From Balanoglossus misakiensis (lineage: Eukaryota > Animalia > Hemichordata), in contig CM082595.2 in assembly GCA_040954595.2 (NCBI GenBank), forward strand, positions 7,856,317 through 7,920,316: 64,000 nucleotides of DNA. The letters run 5' to 3'. Under the pieces are notes generated by a model that did no database searches, had not been told where the DNA came from, and saw only the letters and a list, made by a program, of their open reading frames with translations. Below, one piece after another: positions 1 through 14,246 of this stretch; positions within the stretch are counted from its first letter, which is position 1; each line of letters begins with the position of its first letter. Both the position numbers and the translations under genes were made by a program.

Positions 1-2076
1 AAATCAGTGAACATGTGTATTCAGGCCTTAGAGAATTTATATGTGATGTATCAATACATTTCAAAACCATTTTCCTTTTCAGTGAATATTGTTTTCCCCG
101 GGCACTCTTACTCACTGCAAAACATGGGAACAACACACTAAGATAAGTATCTATGGAGACTTTCACATTCTTGTCACACCAAATACACAGGAAACCCTGC
201 GTTAAAAGCGCTAATTGCACATATGTAGGTGACATCAAATTATGTAAAGTGAATTCTGAGTCATTGATATTTATAACAGTTTATGAAATATTGCATTAAA
301 TTGGTCAGAAGGTGAAAAGTGATTCAATGTACCTTCCAATAAATTTGAAAGTAACATCTCTGTCTGGTAATATTCATAAAGTTCGGTAGGGACCTGTGTA
401 GTAATAGGGCTAACTGCACAAATCTGTTTATAGTGCAAACCCTCAATAAACTTACTAATTTATCAATTAGCACGGTGCTCGTCTTAGCAATTAATGACCA
501 GTTTTGTAAAGCGGCATCACGCAATTCTTGTAATGTAACATTGCTAAGAAAATATCACAAAATACGCGAATTTACTGTTTATCGGCCTGAAATTGAAACT
601 AGTCTCTAAAAACGTCTAATACATTGGGAAACAATCCCCTCTATGAACTTTCATCAAGGACGGTACAGGAACTCTTGATTAAAGGCTCCTGGCTTATTCG
701 TCAAGTATGAAACTTTTATTTTTCCTCGATTAAATCAGTGTGATTAATTGAAGCTGACAGAGAAAACATGGAATAATGGCAATTTCTTCCCTTTTTTATT
801 AATATACTGTCACTCAGTGTCACCGTGGTGCCGTGAATGTTATCGACAGGACGGTACGAGTTTAGCAGAAAATTTGACTGCTTCAAAAAAGTCTACATAT
901 TTCTTAACCACTGGTCATCTGTAATTGGGTATAGGGTATGGTTGTAATATAATGCCACAAACCAATCACTTCAATTTGCTCTAAAGCTTACGATTATGCA
1001 TGTATGTTCAATGATCGATAAATCTGTTCAACATTTTGAAGATGCTAACATGGTCAACCATCCATCGTTAATCCGATAGTATTTGACAAATCTGAATATC
1101 ATACATTGACTCTCCTGTGCAGTTAGCCCTATGAGGTAAGATATATTACACTAAGTCTGCATGGTGAAATTTTATCAGACAAATTGTTTTCACATGTGTT
1201 TTACTGTATTCAAAGGAATTCTACCATTTACTAATCAATAAACTCCAAATTGACATATTTAATGTGGGTTCCAATTAGTGCTATACTTCCATAATTACTG
1301 AACTTACTGCACTTTGCTTTACTTTATGATTTCACAGAGAACTAACCTATGTATTACTCTTTAATTGCATTTTCTATAAAATATTAAAGTTTGCCGTTGA
1401 TTAATATCACAAAGTGCGATTATTGTGAATGTGTCTGCATGTCTGTTATGGGTGGTTTGTTTTGAGTTGACATCCTCCAGACTATATTTTCAAAGCAGGT
1501 CAGAATGTCGAAAGCTGTTATTAGCCAGCATAACTATACATGAGAGTCACGCTGTCGTTTTAAGGTGAAGGGAAATTACAGTTCATCCACAAATCCCTTA
1601 AATAAGATAATTCTTTGAATGAACGAAACAGCCAACCGTAACTTAGACAGGGCATGACAGCAACTGAAGATCCTAGTAGGTCGTGGCGACTGCAGTGAGG
1701 TTTGTGCTGGTATGGGAGGACATATTCTCGTCAAGGGGGACACCCACACGGCGCGACGACCCCTTCCCTTTCATGCTCCGAATATGTTGCCCCCCTGATA
1801 TCTGCTGTCTTAAAGTTTTCGTAAGTGACTGTGAGTATGTAGGACTCGAATCTTAAACATATTGCATGGAAAGAAGTGCGTCTTTGTCCTAGCAGATTAC
1901 CAAATGTAATTACAAAAACAATATCAGCCCAAAGCGTCTAGCCTATATACACAGTGCATTTCCTTTAAAAATGACAATCGTTGTGAATTACGAGCAGAAA
2001 CCATTTACCTGCACGTCACACACATACGTACACATGATACATCGATACAGGCGGTATAATCTCCACATTGTTAAGT

Positions 2077-2104
2077 GACAGACAGACAGACAGACAGACA
2101 GACA
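2077..2104. repeat. (GACA)n microsatellite
   Basis: Run of GACA units read directly. Confidence 0.9.
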
Positions 2105-5100
2105 TCGCAAAGAGATAAAATAAGGTAGTTAGATACGAACACTGAAGAAGTAGGGCGGCTGCGTTTTCTAATGAGCGTTAACATACACATAATGTTGCAA
2201 ATGTTGTCTGGTGTTTATCTATATAAGTCTAAAATAGGTGATTTAACCATGTATTTGTCCCACTGATGACATTTAGGGGCTATCGGGAGGCATCATTTAG
2301 GGAACTTAATCACTCTGTTAATCATCATCATCATCGTTCACAGGTACATTCAAGCCGTTTAACGGATCATAGCATTCTAGCATTCATAGGTAACCTATGT
2401 TGGTGCAAACAACTAGGCTGTATAGACATTGCAGCAAAATGTCATACAGGGTAGAGTGAGAAAGGACGCAAGGTTTATATTATTTGCTTGGTGAATGTGT
2501 GGTGTGTCTGACGCTGTATATAATAATTAGAGATTCGACTCGTTGAAGCTATTAGAAGCAATTAGCAAATTAGTATTTAATTCCCTGTACAACTTTTAAT
2601 TTAACGAGGAAATATTTGACGGCAGAGCATACCCGCGACTGTGATATACACTCGCATTGTCGGGCACTAAATATTTTTTATGTACGTGAAAAAGACGATT
2701 TGCACACATGTGAATTTTCCCCCCGTTCTCTGATTATGAAGATATTGATAAATTTGTTTGATTTTACAATCCTGGAGTGAGATAAGGGTCATTGGGTGGA
2801 GGTATACTTCTTCCAAATTCGTTGTGCCGTAGCAAATGACAACATCTGTAGCTCAGTCGTTCGATTATACCACCTAGCATTTACAGATCTTTAAAACAAA
2901 GCTGTGATGTGATATTTGATTGGCTTTAAAAAAATACAATCTGTGGAAATGCATTACTATAGCAAGGAAGTTATGACTTACACAATGTGCAGGTTTGGAA
3001 CTCTCCTAGCGGGTAGGTAATTAGGCGACCAGTTTCTCACCAACGTTAATCCTCTCTTTATGACGCAGTGCTCGGATCGACTGCCTTACATGTTTCAGTT
3101 CCGATGACTCAGTCGTGAAGAACGTAGCCAATCAAATCGCAGTTTGTATGCCCCGGTTATAGCAATGTCATGAGAAACTACAATAGGGCGGAGTTTAATA
3201 CGGAAGGGTTCGCTTGACATGACCGCGGTGAAATTCCAGCTTAGCGTTGCAATAAAGGTAGTGAATTTCCTATTGGAAAGCGTATAGCCTTTCGATAGTG
3301 ACCTATTTTCTATAAATGGCATACTAAGTCTTCGATAACTGATTTCCAATAATTCCGTTATGTATTTCTTCATCTTAAATCTCCATTAGCTGTTACATTA
3401 AACTTTTTTATTTGTGTTCACTGCAGTTCCTTGTTCAAATTCCTGAAACATTATATTCAATAGCCCAGCATTTAGCTTACCAACACGACATATGTTAACG
3501 TCTGACAATAAATATGTGCATATCTATGCTGTAAAGAGTGAGCGGGGAGGGGTGTGTAAAGTTATACACTACCCTGATTGAGAAAGATCCAAAAATAAAA
3601 CGAATGACCCCGCGAAAATGTATCAAACCAATGCTGATATGATCGTTAATGTACTGTACTACCTTACCGTTGGGTTTAATTAGTTCAAAAGCGGTCAGTC
3701 TGTTTGGACATTTCTTTGTATATCTGCAACAGTGTGCAATACCGTTAAGTGGATAAAGTCATTCCTTTCTTTATTTTGATTTCTTCCGACAGAACACGGT
3801 CTAAGTCATTAGCTCTGATATCTTGAAATATAAAACTGACATAATCTTTGAGAAATTGGTGTGATATTTGCTTATTTTTAGAGGCAATGGATAGAAAAAA
3901 ACCAAATCATTAAAAACAGGATATGTAGTCGCCTGCAGCTCATGCATGTATATCTTGCTCCGTTTTTTATGTCGTAGTATACCCGCTCTCGGCGATGGGG
4001 GGGGGGGGGGGGGCTGCTTAAATAAGCGCGTTAAATAATGACTTTTATAAATAAATTAAGAAGTTTAATATTCGGGTTACAAACGCCACTAATTGAAAAA
4101 GCGTATCGTGTGACCTATTTTTGTGGATTTCGGATTTGAAGCCTCAACATTTTAAGTCATAATCGGCAAACAGTTTAGAGTGTGATTATTATGAAGTAGC
4201 TCGGACAAATTATAATTAGGCTACTCCCATATATTCTGGTTTGTCCTCGAATCTCCATATGGCAGTACGGAGTGTCAATACCATTCGCAGCTTGATAACA
4301 CATTTGATTAATATAGAGTTTATTTGCATATTTTGATATGCAGAAATTTAGCGTTATTTAATCGAAATTGAAAAATTAAAATTATTGTGTTATGACTTTT
4401 ATTGCAGAAACACCAGGGACATAGTTTGAACAGCGACCCCTTCGCCATGACGTTTTTTGTCACGGTTAATACATTGCATTATCATGGATGGATCAATCAA
4501 AAAATGGAATGTTCTTAGAAGCGCCATTTAAACGGTATACGCTCACCACCAATTTACATACGCCCATATATGGCTGAAATGGCGTATTTGAGGAACAAAT
4601 GGTGGCGCTCTTTTTTCGCGTGTGCCACCCACTGAAAATCTCTGATTTGCTAGATCTCAATTTGCCATGGTAACTTTAGCTAAATTTGCATAGGCGACCG
4701 TTTACCTTTAATGCTAGTTAGATAAAGGAAGAATATTAATGGCCACCAATACCTTAAATAATAATGTTATATTGTTCTACCGATCTTCTCCTGGGCAGCA
4801 GAAACTGATGATGTCAAATGCACACCCAGGGAAATTGAAGTGTAAATTTTACCAGCGGTATTTTACGGAAAAACAAACGTTACAGATACTAAAAACGGTG
4901 TAACACGATGTAACGAATATCCATGCCACATTCACATAGTGTAAACTGTGAAAGACACTTCGTTAAAATCTCATACACGGCTTGAAATTAATAAAAGTAC
5001 ATTATCTTCATTCCCTTTGATTTGAATGTTCCACATTTCGGCTCAATTGGTCTGGAAACGGGAGAAATCAGAATTCCATAGATATAAAATTGAACACAAG

Positions 5101-5681
5101 TGTGCAGAGCGCGTTTATAACACCCCAGTGATATACCAACCAACACGCGTGATTGACTCCTTTCACTTTGGTTCTGCATTGTTGATTCACTTCATTGATT
5201 TTAATAGAAAACATCGTCAATTCGGTATAATATTTCTGAGATAAAAGTCACTAGTCGATGTGCACTTTCCGAGACACCTATTTAAATATCCATTTGGCGT
5301 CTCCAGTATCGATTAGGACCTCACAAATAGAGCACTCGCAAAATCACAAATTCTAATGTCAATGTTAAACTTGCATGAGGCTTGCAGGAGTCAATGTTTA
5401 ATCGATTTGCAACGACATTGATGTTTAACAGTTAGTACGAGAAAAGGGCACGTATAGTTAACACATTTCACTTCTTACAGCCACTTTGCAAGAAATAAAA
5501 TATTGACAGCATGGACAGAACTGGCGATAAGGTGATCGTTATAACATAATTACCATACCAGCACAAACCTCAAATCACATTACAATCTGTTTGTAATTTT
5601 ACTGGTTGAACGTGCGACCGATATTCAATGCATGTTATTAATACCATATTTGTGTCTAAATTTTACAAGGATCTATAGCGA

Positions 5682-5758
5682 TACATACATACATACATAC
5701 ATACATACATACATACATACATACATACATACATACATACATACATACATACATACAT

Positions 5759-5790
<32 letters not shown>

Positions 5791-6080
5791 TCACACACAC
5801 ACACACACACACACATATACATACATACATACATACATACATACATACATACATACATACATACATACATACATACATACATACATACATACATACATAC
5901 ATACATACATACATACATACATACATACATACATACATACATACATACATACATACATACATACATACATACATACATACATACATACATACATACAAAC
6001 ATACATACATACATACATACATACATACATACATACATACATACATACATACATACATACATACATACATACATACATAC
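5682..6080. repeat. Long (TACA)n microsatellite interrupted by (CA)n
   Basis: About 400 bp of ATAC repeats with a CA tract at ~5775-5815. Explains the YIHT/MYVC ORFs. Confidence 0.97.
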
Positions 6081-7847
6081 ACGTACGAAGTAGCAAAAAC
6101 ATACCAGGCCATGTCTCTCGGCAAAGTCATCTTATGTCTTGTTATACAAATTGTTGGAAATAATGGAAAATACAGGTCTCGACTTAGCACATTATTCATG
6201 ATGTCAAGGTTAAAAAGACTATTGATTAATTGACTTCTAAAAGAATTCTTCACACGCAGAAAAAACGGATGCATTCGTAATATGATCACTTGTGTTAGCT
6301 TACTGCCAGATGCAATTAGTAAAATTGTGGAATTCTATAATGCTTACGGAGCGAATACTTATACCTCCAACATGTGACGATATAAAGGTTTCATACGAAA
6401 ATGAAGGTTCTGATTTTTTGATTGGTTCGCAACATTAAAGGCAGTCATATACAATCCAATTTATGAAGCCTCATGTATACATGAAACTGTGTGGGTTTAC
6501 GATTACTCAGGGGACATATTAAAATATCGACACTTGTGTCAACTGTAACCCAGCAAGACGTACATACGCATTATCCTTTCGCTTGGCAACTTACAGAAGA
6601 AGCATAGTGGCTGCTGAAATAAGATGATTCCCAATTCTGGCTGCCTTAAATAGGTTTTCACTTTGCGCTAGGGGTCACATCACATTATAAAAAGTGCATT
6701 CTGGGTAAAAAGTCGACAACCCACTGTAGTAAGAGATAGAAGAAATGATATGTTTACTGTATTTCATGACTTCCTTTGGTCGAACATGTCTGTCTTTGTA
6801 GTTACCATATTAAACTCATTAAACTTTTTTCACATTTTGTTATTTTTTCTGTGAAAAAGTTTCAGAATGACCTGTCATCACTTTAGCTAATGAACTCCCA
6901 TTTCTTAAACATGGCAAAAATCGGCCATCTTGAAATTGTGTCGACCATATGAGATTTTCATCACTCACTTAGGTAGCTTAAAACCTATTTAAGGTAGGGA
7001 GAATTAATACTACATGGGTCGTCTATGGTAAGAAATGCGTGGACATTATAAAAACAAGAGGGGTTGCACGGTTTTGTATCTATTCTTGCTGTATATTCAT
7101 ATAGATTAAGGATGTATCGTTTATTCAAAGCTATGAATCCGCACTTTCCAAAAACACTTTGGTAAAGCAGGCTTATGTCAAACTAATTTTCCATGTGAAG
7201 TTTGCACACATAAACATACACAGTATTCACAACATATAATGCACATATTTCCGAAAGAGTACGGACCTTGTAAAAATTTCAAAACTTTGCTTATCCCATG
7301 GCGATTATGAGTCAAGGTCAATATATATTAAATACATCTAGAAATCGCCGGAAGTGATTAATATTGTGTCCACTGTAACCCAGCAAGGGCAACTTACAGA
7401 AGGTATTCCTCATACAGCATTGCAAGATATGTCTTATCTGAAATGCCAGATTGTCGAGAAAAGTGAACCTGAAACACAGACACACCTTAATACATTATTT
7501 CTGTTGTCAAATTGAGCTGTGCAGAATTAACCAACTTGTTATTACTTATGAAATCCGGATTGCGGAATTATAGAATCGCCTATCTGTCCGTGCGTCTGGA
7601 GCAATTTCTCAGGGATTCCTGCGCTAATTTACATCAAACTTGGTATGAGGATAGCACCTTATGGGGAGCAGATGTGATCGTCACTTTTGTTGTGCGATGC
7701 AAGTCAATATGGCCGACAGGGAGCCGTCTTACTAGTTTTTAGAGTGAAATTAGTCCGAGTGTGAATCCAAGTGTGACATTTCTGCATGCGAATTCAAATG
7801 TCAGGTCTGTCGTGGACAAACTTTTGGCTTGCTCATTGTCTATTCAA

Positions 7848-8300
7848 GTGACTGTAATATTGTCAATAAACAACTGCACAGTCTTACCTTTCAATAATTC
7901 TCGGAACGACTTCAGAGCTAAAATGGTTGTGATTAGTTCTCTGTAATTTGATGGCATCAGGCTCATTTGTCGGTTCAAAAGTCCTAACACTTCTTAGTCA
8001 TTGCAAGTTCCTCCCAAGCCTGTTTGCTGGCGTCTGTTTCTACCTCCGCCACTATTGCTCGCCCATTCCGTGAGTTCAGTGCATTAAGCCATCATTCTAG
8101 ATCAAGATTGCTTTCTTGGCCTATGGACATTATACCTTCCGTGACGATCTCTCTGCAAGTTGTCGATGCCTGGTCCAATGTAATAATTTCCCAAGCTGAA
8201 TCACATTTAACATTGCTACACACTGTCTGGCTATTCTTGCTTAATTCCTGGCTTTTTAGTATTCTCTTTATGTCGTGTTTCAGCTTCTGTAACGTGTCTG
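7848..8300 (-). pseudogene. DIRS/Ngaro-type retrotransposon RNase H fragment (degraded)
   Basis: Minus-strand translation gives DLE*WLNALNSRNGRAIVAEVETDASKQAW, then after a frameshift SNYRELITTILALKSFRELLKGKTVQLFIDNITV. These match the TDAS / N.REL / DN motifs of the RNase H of tyrosine-recombinase retrotransposons. Confidence 0.75.
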
Positions 8301-8754
8301 GAGGTGCTCATAGAAAAAGTCTAATCCATAGTGCTGGCTATCACGTACGTCACACCAGTCAACATTGCGGTTAACACCACCACCTGTACACGCATGCCCA
8401 AACTTTGGTGTTGGTCTTTTTACTGAATTCGCTTTGTCTATCGACTATATCTGTTCTCGCATACGGTTATTGTCTTCCTCGATGTGGTCAAGACTCGGAT
8501 TTCGTCTTAAGCCAGGTTTATGTCAGACCCATCGGTCATCCTGTTTCATCGTAAGCGCACAGGTCAAAAACAATGTTACAGTGCAACAAGTGTCGCTCTT
8601 AGCTATGTACAAATTCGCCTGAAAATAGTTAATTACACAGTGACAGCATATTTGTAAAGAAGCGCGTTTTAAAGTTAGTTCATTTCAGTACATTTGGTAA
8701 GACATGATTAATTGCACACACAAATAGTTTTCTTTTAAATCACATGGTATATAT

Positions 8755-8845
8755 AGTAGCTGTTGAAACGCAGCTGTTCCGCCGGGGGATATGCTAGTCA
8801 ACATTTCCTCCACCCCTGGCGGAACAGTTGCGTGTCCACAGCTAA
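8755..8845. repeat. Hairpin repeat (family also at 42776-42875)
   Basis: TAGCTGTTGAAACGCAGCTGTTCCGCCGGGG ... CCCCTGGCGGAACAGTTGCGTGTCCACAGCTA forms an imperfect stem. A similar copy lies at 42776-42875. Confidence 0.7.
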
Positions 8846-10828
8846 TAATGGCGTAGATACCAATCACATTGTACAAAAATGGCCGGTTTACCAGTTAAAT
8901 TAGCAATTGTTTTCTTTTAAAAGTTTTGTCTTGGATTAAAAAGCAAAGGAAAACTTCAATAAACTATAAAAATAGTGATAGTGTAAGAAGAGAAAAAGAA
9001 GCAGTAACACTACTGTTAAACGGGTTGCTGAAAAGATTAGTTTTTAGGAAACATTTTAGTTCATTACTATCATTACACGAACGAATAACGCGGGTACGTG
9101 TATCGTGCAGTCGGTCATGGTGGCCCCCAAAAACATTCTCACATACGCTACGATACCTCCATCCGAATGATATGGACTGGAAGGGAGACATTGCTACAGA
9201 TGTGAGTTGATGAGGATGACTGTCGCCGGGGGATGGTAAATGAACGCCGTTTGCACAACCAGGAAATAACGTTATGTCTTACCCTATCGATCGAGACATT
9301 TTACGTCGGCCTAATTACAACTTTATTTAGTGGGACAAGCATATCTTGTACATAACCGATCGAGATTCATGAAAGTTCGCGTCAATTTCTGTTCGCGGGG
9401 TCTTTTTATTGATATCTGGATAATAGAAAATAAGGGTTAGTTTCGTCGATTTTTTACAATCATTGACCAGTATATCGAGTCTTTGCATACGGAGCTCGAT
9501 ATCCAATGGGATGATGATAATAGCGATTAGATATTTAAAAAATAAAAACTATATTTGGACTCCGTATATTTGTTTTTGTTTTTAAATAACGATTGGATTT
9601 TACAAAGAAATTAAAATGTATTTGGAATTTGTCAATTTGTTGTTGGTGGTGTTAATGCTTTTATTGTAAATGTTGTTAGTATATTGTTGTTAGTGTGGTA
9701 TGTCGTTAGGGTCGTAGTTAGGGTTGCGATCGATCGTGGTTAGGGTTCGTGCATTATTATAATAAGCCACATGGAAAAGACTAATGCATAGTGGAATCAT
9801 CAGCATAAAATAGTAATAGCATAAAATAGCAGCCATACGGCAACAACGTCGCCCAAAGAATATGTCTACACAAAACACGACCAGGAACCGAAACCTGGGT
9901 ACACCTACATAAATGACAGGCAGACTGGGCAGAAGTTATAATTTTAGATTGATTACGGTCTGAAATATCTGATTAACACCACGTCACAGTATTGCCAGAG
10001 ACACCAAGGTGCTCTAACAAAATAGTATGATTAACAATATCAAACGCAGGAATGTATAACAAAACTAGAAACACATCATCACATGAATAAAGAGTATATT
10101 ATTATATCATTAGCGACTACATTTTACAAAAGAGAAATCTCAGTAGTCTGACCTGATTTGTCGGCAGACTGTAAAAGTTCATGGAAGAAATATCCATATA
10201 CGAAATGTGTGATTTTTTAAGTCTAGTAGTCTAAACAATACGTACAAGAACTTTTGACAAAAAGGAAGTTCAATAGAAATCGGACGATAGTTCTTCCAAA
10301 ATTACAGTCAAATTTTAAGAGGCATCACAAACGCTAGTTTTAAAGTCATGATATACAGAACCAGACTGAAGTGAAATGTTCAAAATAACATTTGATCAAT
10401 TGTAAAATATCAGTTAGAACACACTGGTCCTTCAGGCTATCGGTGGGGATAGCATCAAGAAAGCAAGTGGATGAGGGCGATACTTGAATCACCTCATCAT
10501 CTTCATCCACACTATTGTACTGAAATGAGTCAAAACAACAGTCAGGACCCGAGGCAAAAAGAGACGATGAGAAGCGATCATTTTCAACGACCATAGATAA
10601 GAGATTGTACACCATTGTTAACAAAAAATCTAAGCAAACCGATCAGCTAACTAGTACGACGGAGTCATTGTGATCTGGCAACGTAAGTGTTCTTGAATAA
10701 TGTTCTAAAAGACGGAAAACAATCCAAAGGCGCCGTTTCTGGCCCTGATACTAATTTCAATTTCCAAGCGTTATTTTCTCCCAGCTGTCATCCCAGTTTT
10801 CCTATCTAGCTTTGATGAAAGAGTTGCT

Positions 10829-11182
10829 TTAAGGGACAAAGTCTCTCTCTCGCTGCCCTTTTCCATTAATTATGTTTGATACAAGACACCGTTTATGTTA
10901 TTTCACGACGTGTAGATATATAGTGAATCAACGTTCAACCACACACAACTTCCATCCCACTTGTAGAAAAACTCGCCAAAGTAAATAATCAATCGCTACC
11001 ATTTATTCATTATGGCGAGATTTTTACTCTCATATCCCACAGACGGGATAGAAAGTGTGTGTTATCGAACGTTGATTCACTATATATCCACATGTAGAAT
11101 AACATAAACGGTGACTTGTATCAAACACAATTAATGGGAAAAGGGCAGCGTGCGATGCGAGAGAGAGACTTCGTCCCTTTAA
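10829..11182. mobile_element. Palindromic MITE with TTAA flanks (Kolobok/piggyBac-type target), copy 1
   Basis: TTAA-GGGACAAAGTCTCTCTCTCGCTGCCCTTTTCCATTAATT... with an inverted right arm ending GAGAGAGACTTCGTCCCT-TTAA. Homologous copies at 51783-52128 and 53231-53570. Confidence 0.85.
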
Positions 11183-11214
11183 TTGGAAAGGTTGCCGACC
11201 TCGAACAGCAAGTA

Positions 11215-11800
11215 TCCATTGAGGGGCATGGTAGCAAAATATGTCACGAATAATGTAGCAAATCGAATTCAGTTTGGCTGAAAATTCCTCAGTCGTATTG
11301 TGGTAGGAAATTGTCAAGGTCAGATGCGAAAAGTTCAGTAGAAAATAATCTTAAATGTCTTGTAGTGATTCCTTTGAAGGATGCCTTGTGTGTAACCTCA
11401 ATGTAAATAGAAAGTGTAGATTTAAATCTCAGTCAGGGGGTTACGATGATAGTGTTTATGGTCTGACCGTTTCATTTGCCTGGGGGTCGATAGATGCCAA
11501 TTTTCTTGGGAGGAAGAAGTGGCGATTCTGATTTTGGATAATAAAAAAACAGCTGGCTGACACTGTAGCAAAGTCAACGAGGATCTGTGAATGACACCAG
11601 TGTCACCACCAACGACCTTTACTAGGAACACTGATAATGTCGTGTCCAGGTGAGTCAGTAATCACAAATGGAACCGTGCAATCGTCATTGAGCTACATGT
11701 ATGTCTCAGCCAATATCAGCATGTCGAGTGTGTGCTCCAGCAAATATTCATTAATGGCACTTGATTTGTTGTTCATTGATTGACAGTTCATAAATGAACA
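11215..11800 (-). pseudogene. L2/CR1-type LINE ORF2 apurinic endonuclease fragment (degraded)
   Basis: Minus-strand translation contains FMNCQSMNNKSSAINEYLLEHTLDMLILAET, IGIYRPP, SDHK, FSTELFASDL and HAP. These are ordered APE-domain and linker motifs, broken by stops and frameshifts. Confidence 0.75.
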
Positions 11801-11952
11801 CTGAATTGACTTTGCCGTATACTAATTTGACTTTGCAGTAAACCCTGTGTTGTTTTAGTATATAGGTCTTCAGTGATATACTGACCAAGTTGGGTGAAAC
11901 ACACTGGCGGATATTTCCGAGCAGCATTCTCCACACAGAACCTATTTTAATC

Positions 11953-12267
11953 TAAGGCCAAAACATTAATATGTGCTGTTCCGATTACGCGGTTTTCAAA
12001 AATTGGGTAGGTAGGTAGGTAAGAAGGGATTTTTATTTTATTTTACTTTTTTTTCATTTCCGTAGTGTAGAAGAATGACGTTATAAATCTTGCGTGATGC
12101 GCGCGATTTCGTCATAGTTGTTGCGTGATTCGCTCTATTTTAATAAATTTTGTATATTTGACATCGTTTTTTTAACTTCCGGGTTTTACGGTCTATAAGG
12201 TTTAGGTCGGTGGGTTAAAATTAGGTTAGGTCGGGTAATCGGAACAGCACATATTGTTTTGGCCTTA
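11953..12267. mobile_element. TA-flanked MITE (TAAGGCCAAAA termini)
   Basis: TAAGGCCAAAACATTAATATGTGCTGTTCCGATTAC ... GTAATCGGAACAGCACATATTGTTTTGGCCTTA. A partial related copy starts at ~56323. Confidence 0.8.
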
Positions 12268-13815
12268 CTCCTGAGTCTGACTATATGGTCTGACGATACA
12301 GTGTCTACCACAGGCAATATTTCAAACCAACTTTTTCGGTGTTACCGATTTCTATACAATACATGTTCTGTTTAGTTTGTATAATATTTCATACCACACA
12401 ATAAGATGTACAGAAAATGCATCAGTTTCAAAGTCGATCCTCAAATAATTGGACCTATGCAAAACACAGTTCTTGTTCTAGGTTACATAAATGAGAATAG
12501 ACGATTCAAGATGGCTGCCCCCGTTGCGGCACGTTTTGCAGACGCCAATGTTGAATGTTATGGCAGATTATGACCTTGAAATGACGTTAACACCATAACA
12601 GTGGGAGCGCTGACAAAGATTTAAGAATATGGTGGCGATTTTAATCATCAATTTGCCAACAAGTTACGGGAAATGCGTAATTTCCCATCTAGTTTTATGC
12701 GGATAAAACACGATGGAAAAAAAGCACATTGTATTGTCGTAGCCAGTCCCTTGACAATAATTCAACAAGTCTGACCAATGAGGAAGCTGAGTGAGAAAGG
12801 TATTTCAAGCATTATGCTCTAGATGTTGCTGGAACTCCACATTTGGTGGATTCGAGTTCAGATGAGATGAATCTGACAAGTGCAGGACTGAAAGAAGATC
12901 AGGTGTGGAGTATTTAAATTTGCCTGTGGCAGAGACGTTATAGAGTATCAGCATGACTCCTCAGCTAGGTTAAAATGAACCACGCTAGTCTCTGTGTAGA
13001 GAATGTCCAAGTAGATGCCTCTAGCATCATGGAAATAAATTCGTATGCTCACCATGGGTAATCTTAACGGGGATGAGATAAGGTGCAACTTAATGAAATA
13101 TCGTAGTTCGACATTTGATAGAGTTTCATCCATTCCGATTTCATCACTGAGGGCGCATACAATGCAGTGGGCCATCTGAAGGACATCCGGTCAACGGTAC
13201 ATCGTACCTGTAGTGGAATGGTGGAGATCGGGTCACATTGTACAACAGTCACACTCGCGCTGTTTCTTCACAATGCACTTTTGATTTTAGCGAAAACGGG
13301 TGACTTGTGGTTGGTGAAACGATTCATATTGGGTAACCAAATTCCCAGAAGACATATGTGCCAAAATCACCCTAGGTGACCCCTCCATTTAAAACAGGCT
13401 CAAACACGGTAGGTATTAGTCCAGCTGATTCCTAAAGAATCTAACCTTTGTTAAACAGCCGTCCGTTTTGGTCCCATCTATAAATAGTCATGAATTTTCC
13501 CTGCAAGTTTATATTTACGCTGATAAACTACGGATTGACCAGAGAGGTTGAAGTATTCAGTCCATTTGTTTGTAAATTTTCAACACTGACACGCATTCCT
13601 TTCTCATAGCCTACCATTTAATAAGATACCATCCTCAATGTGATGTGATATTTTGAATCATTTTCTTTGTCACGGTGTGAGGAAAATTTGCTTGCCACCA
13701 AGAGACACTTTGAATCTTCAAAATATTTTATTGTTATTGTAACATTCAGCTGGACCCAGCTACCCAAACTTGTTATTGGCAGAAATGCAAGCACGAACAT
13801 TTTAGACATATGGTA

Positions 13816-14246
13816 TATTATATTATATAATGCTACTGTCGTCGGCCATTTTGATTAGACGAGAACTCAATCTAGCGATGGTAATATACTGTTTTAGCAC
13901 GGCTGGTAGTGGTAAAACCTGAAAAAGCATGTATCAGAAAAATGTGGGGTTACCAAAAATTAATCAAAACACTGTGGATTTCACTGACATTTTTTTTAAA
14001 CTGCTCTATGAGAATATTTTACACTTTCCCATGCGCGATGCCTGTCTTGTCACTTTTTGCCATCTGCTTCATGTTTAATGCTCGCTCCCGGTCGCTCGTG
14101 TTTAATTAGTCGACACGAGTATGGTACAAGTCGTAACTTTTTCTGACGCTATTCTTTAAGAAACTTACACTGATATGCCAAAAAAATCAATTGTTGATAT
14201 AATAATAACCCACGCCTTCGTCGGTATATACTCGATTTGGGTACAC
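13816..14246. repeat. Hairpin-ended repeat copy split by the giant transposon (left part; right part 39700-39755)
   Basis: Colinear with the reverse complement of 25590-26131 (e.g. AGCGATGGT.A.ATACTGTTTTA, CACTGATATGCCA.A.AAATCAATTGTTGATA, ..TTTGGGTACA). Homology resumes right after the right TSD (ACGGCTCGTGCTAT...GAATTGTACC). Confidence 0.75.

Noticed and set aside
5632-6289. Long ORFs of YIHT/MYVC repeats
   Set aside because: Translations of the (TACA)n microsatellite.
6541-7401. Short direct duplication ACTGTAACCCAGCAAG...GGCAACTTACAGAAG
   Set aside because: About 30 bp with no coding content between the copies; not enough to call LTRs.
9690-9750. TTAGGG motifs (interstitial telomere?)
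   Set aside because: Only three dispersed copies, not a tandem array.
12500-13390. Possible degraded accessory gene of a Kolobok-type element (also 63154-63400)
   Set aside because: Only a faint resemblance across many stops and frameshifts; not supportable without a search.
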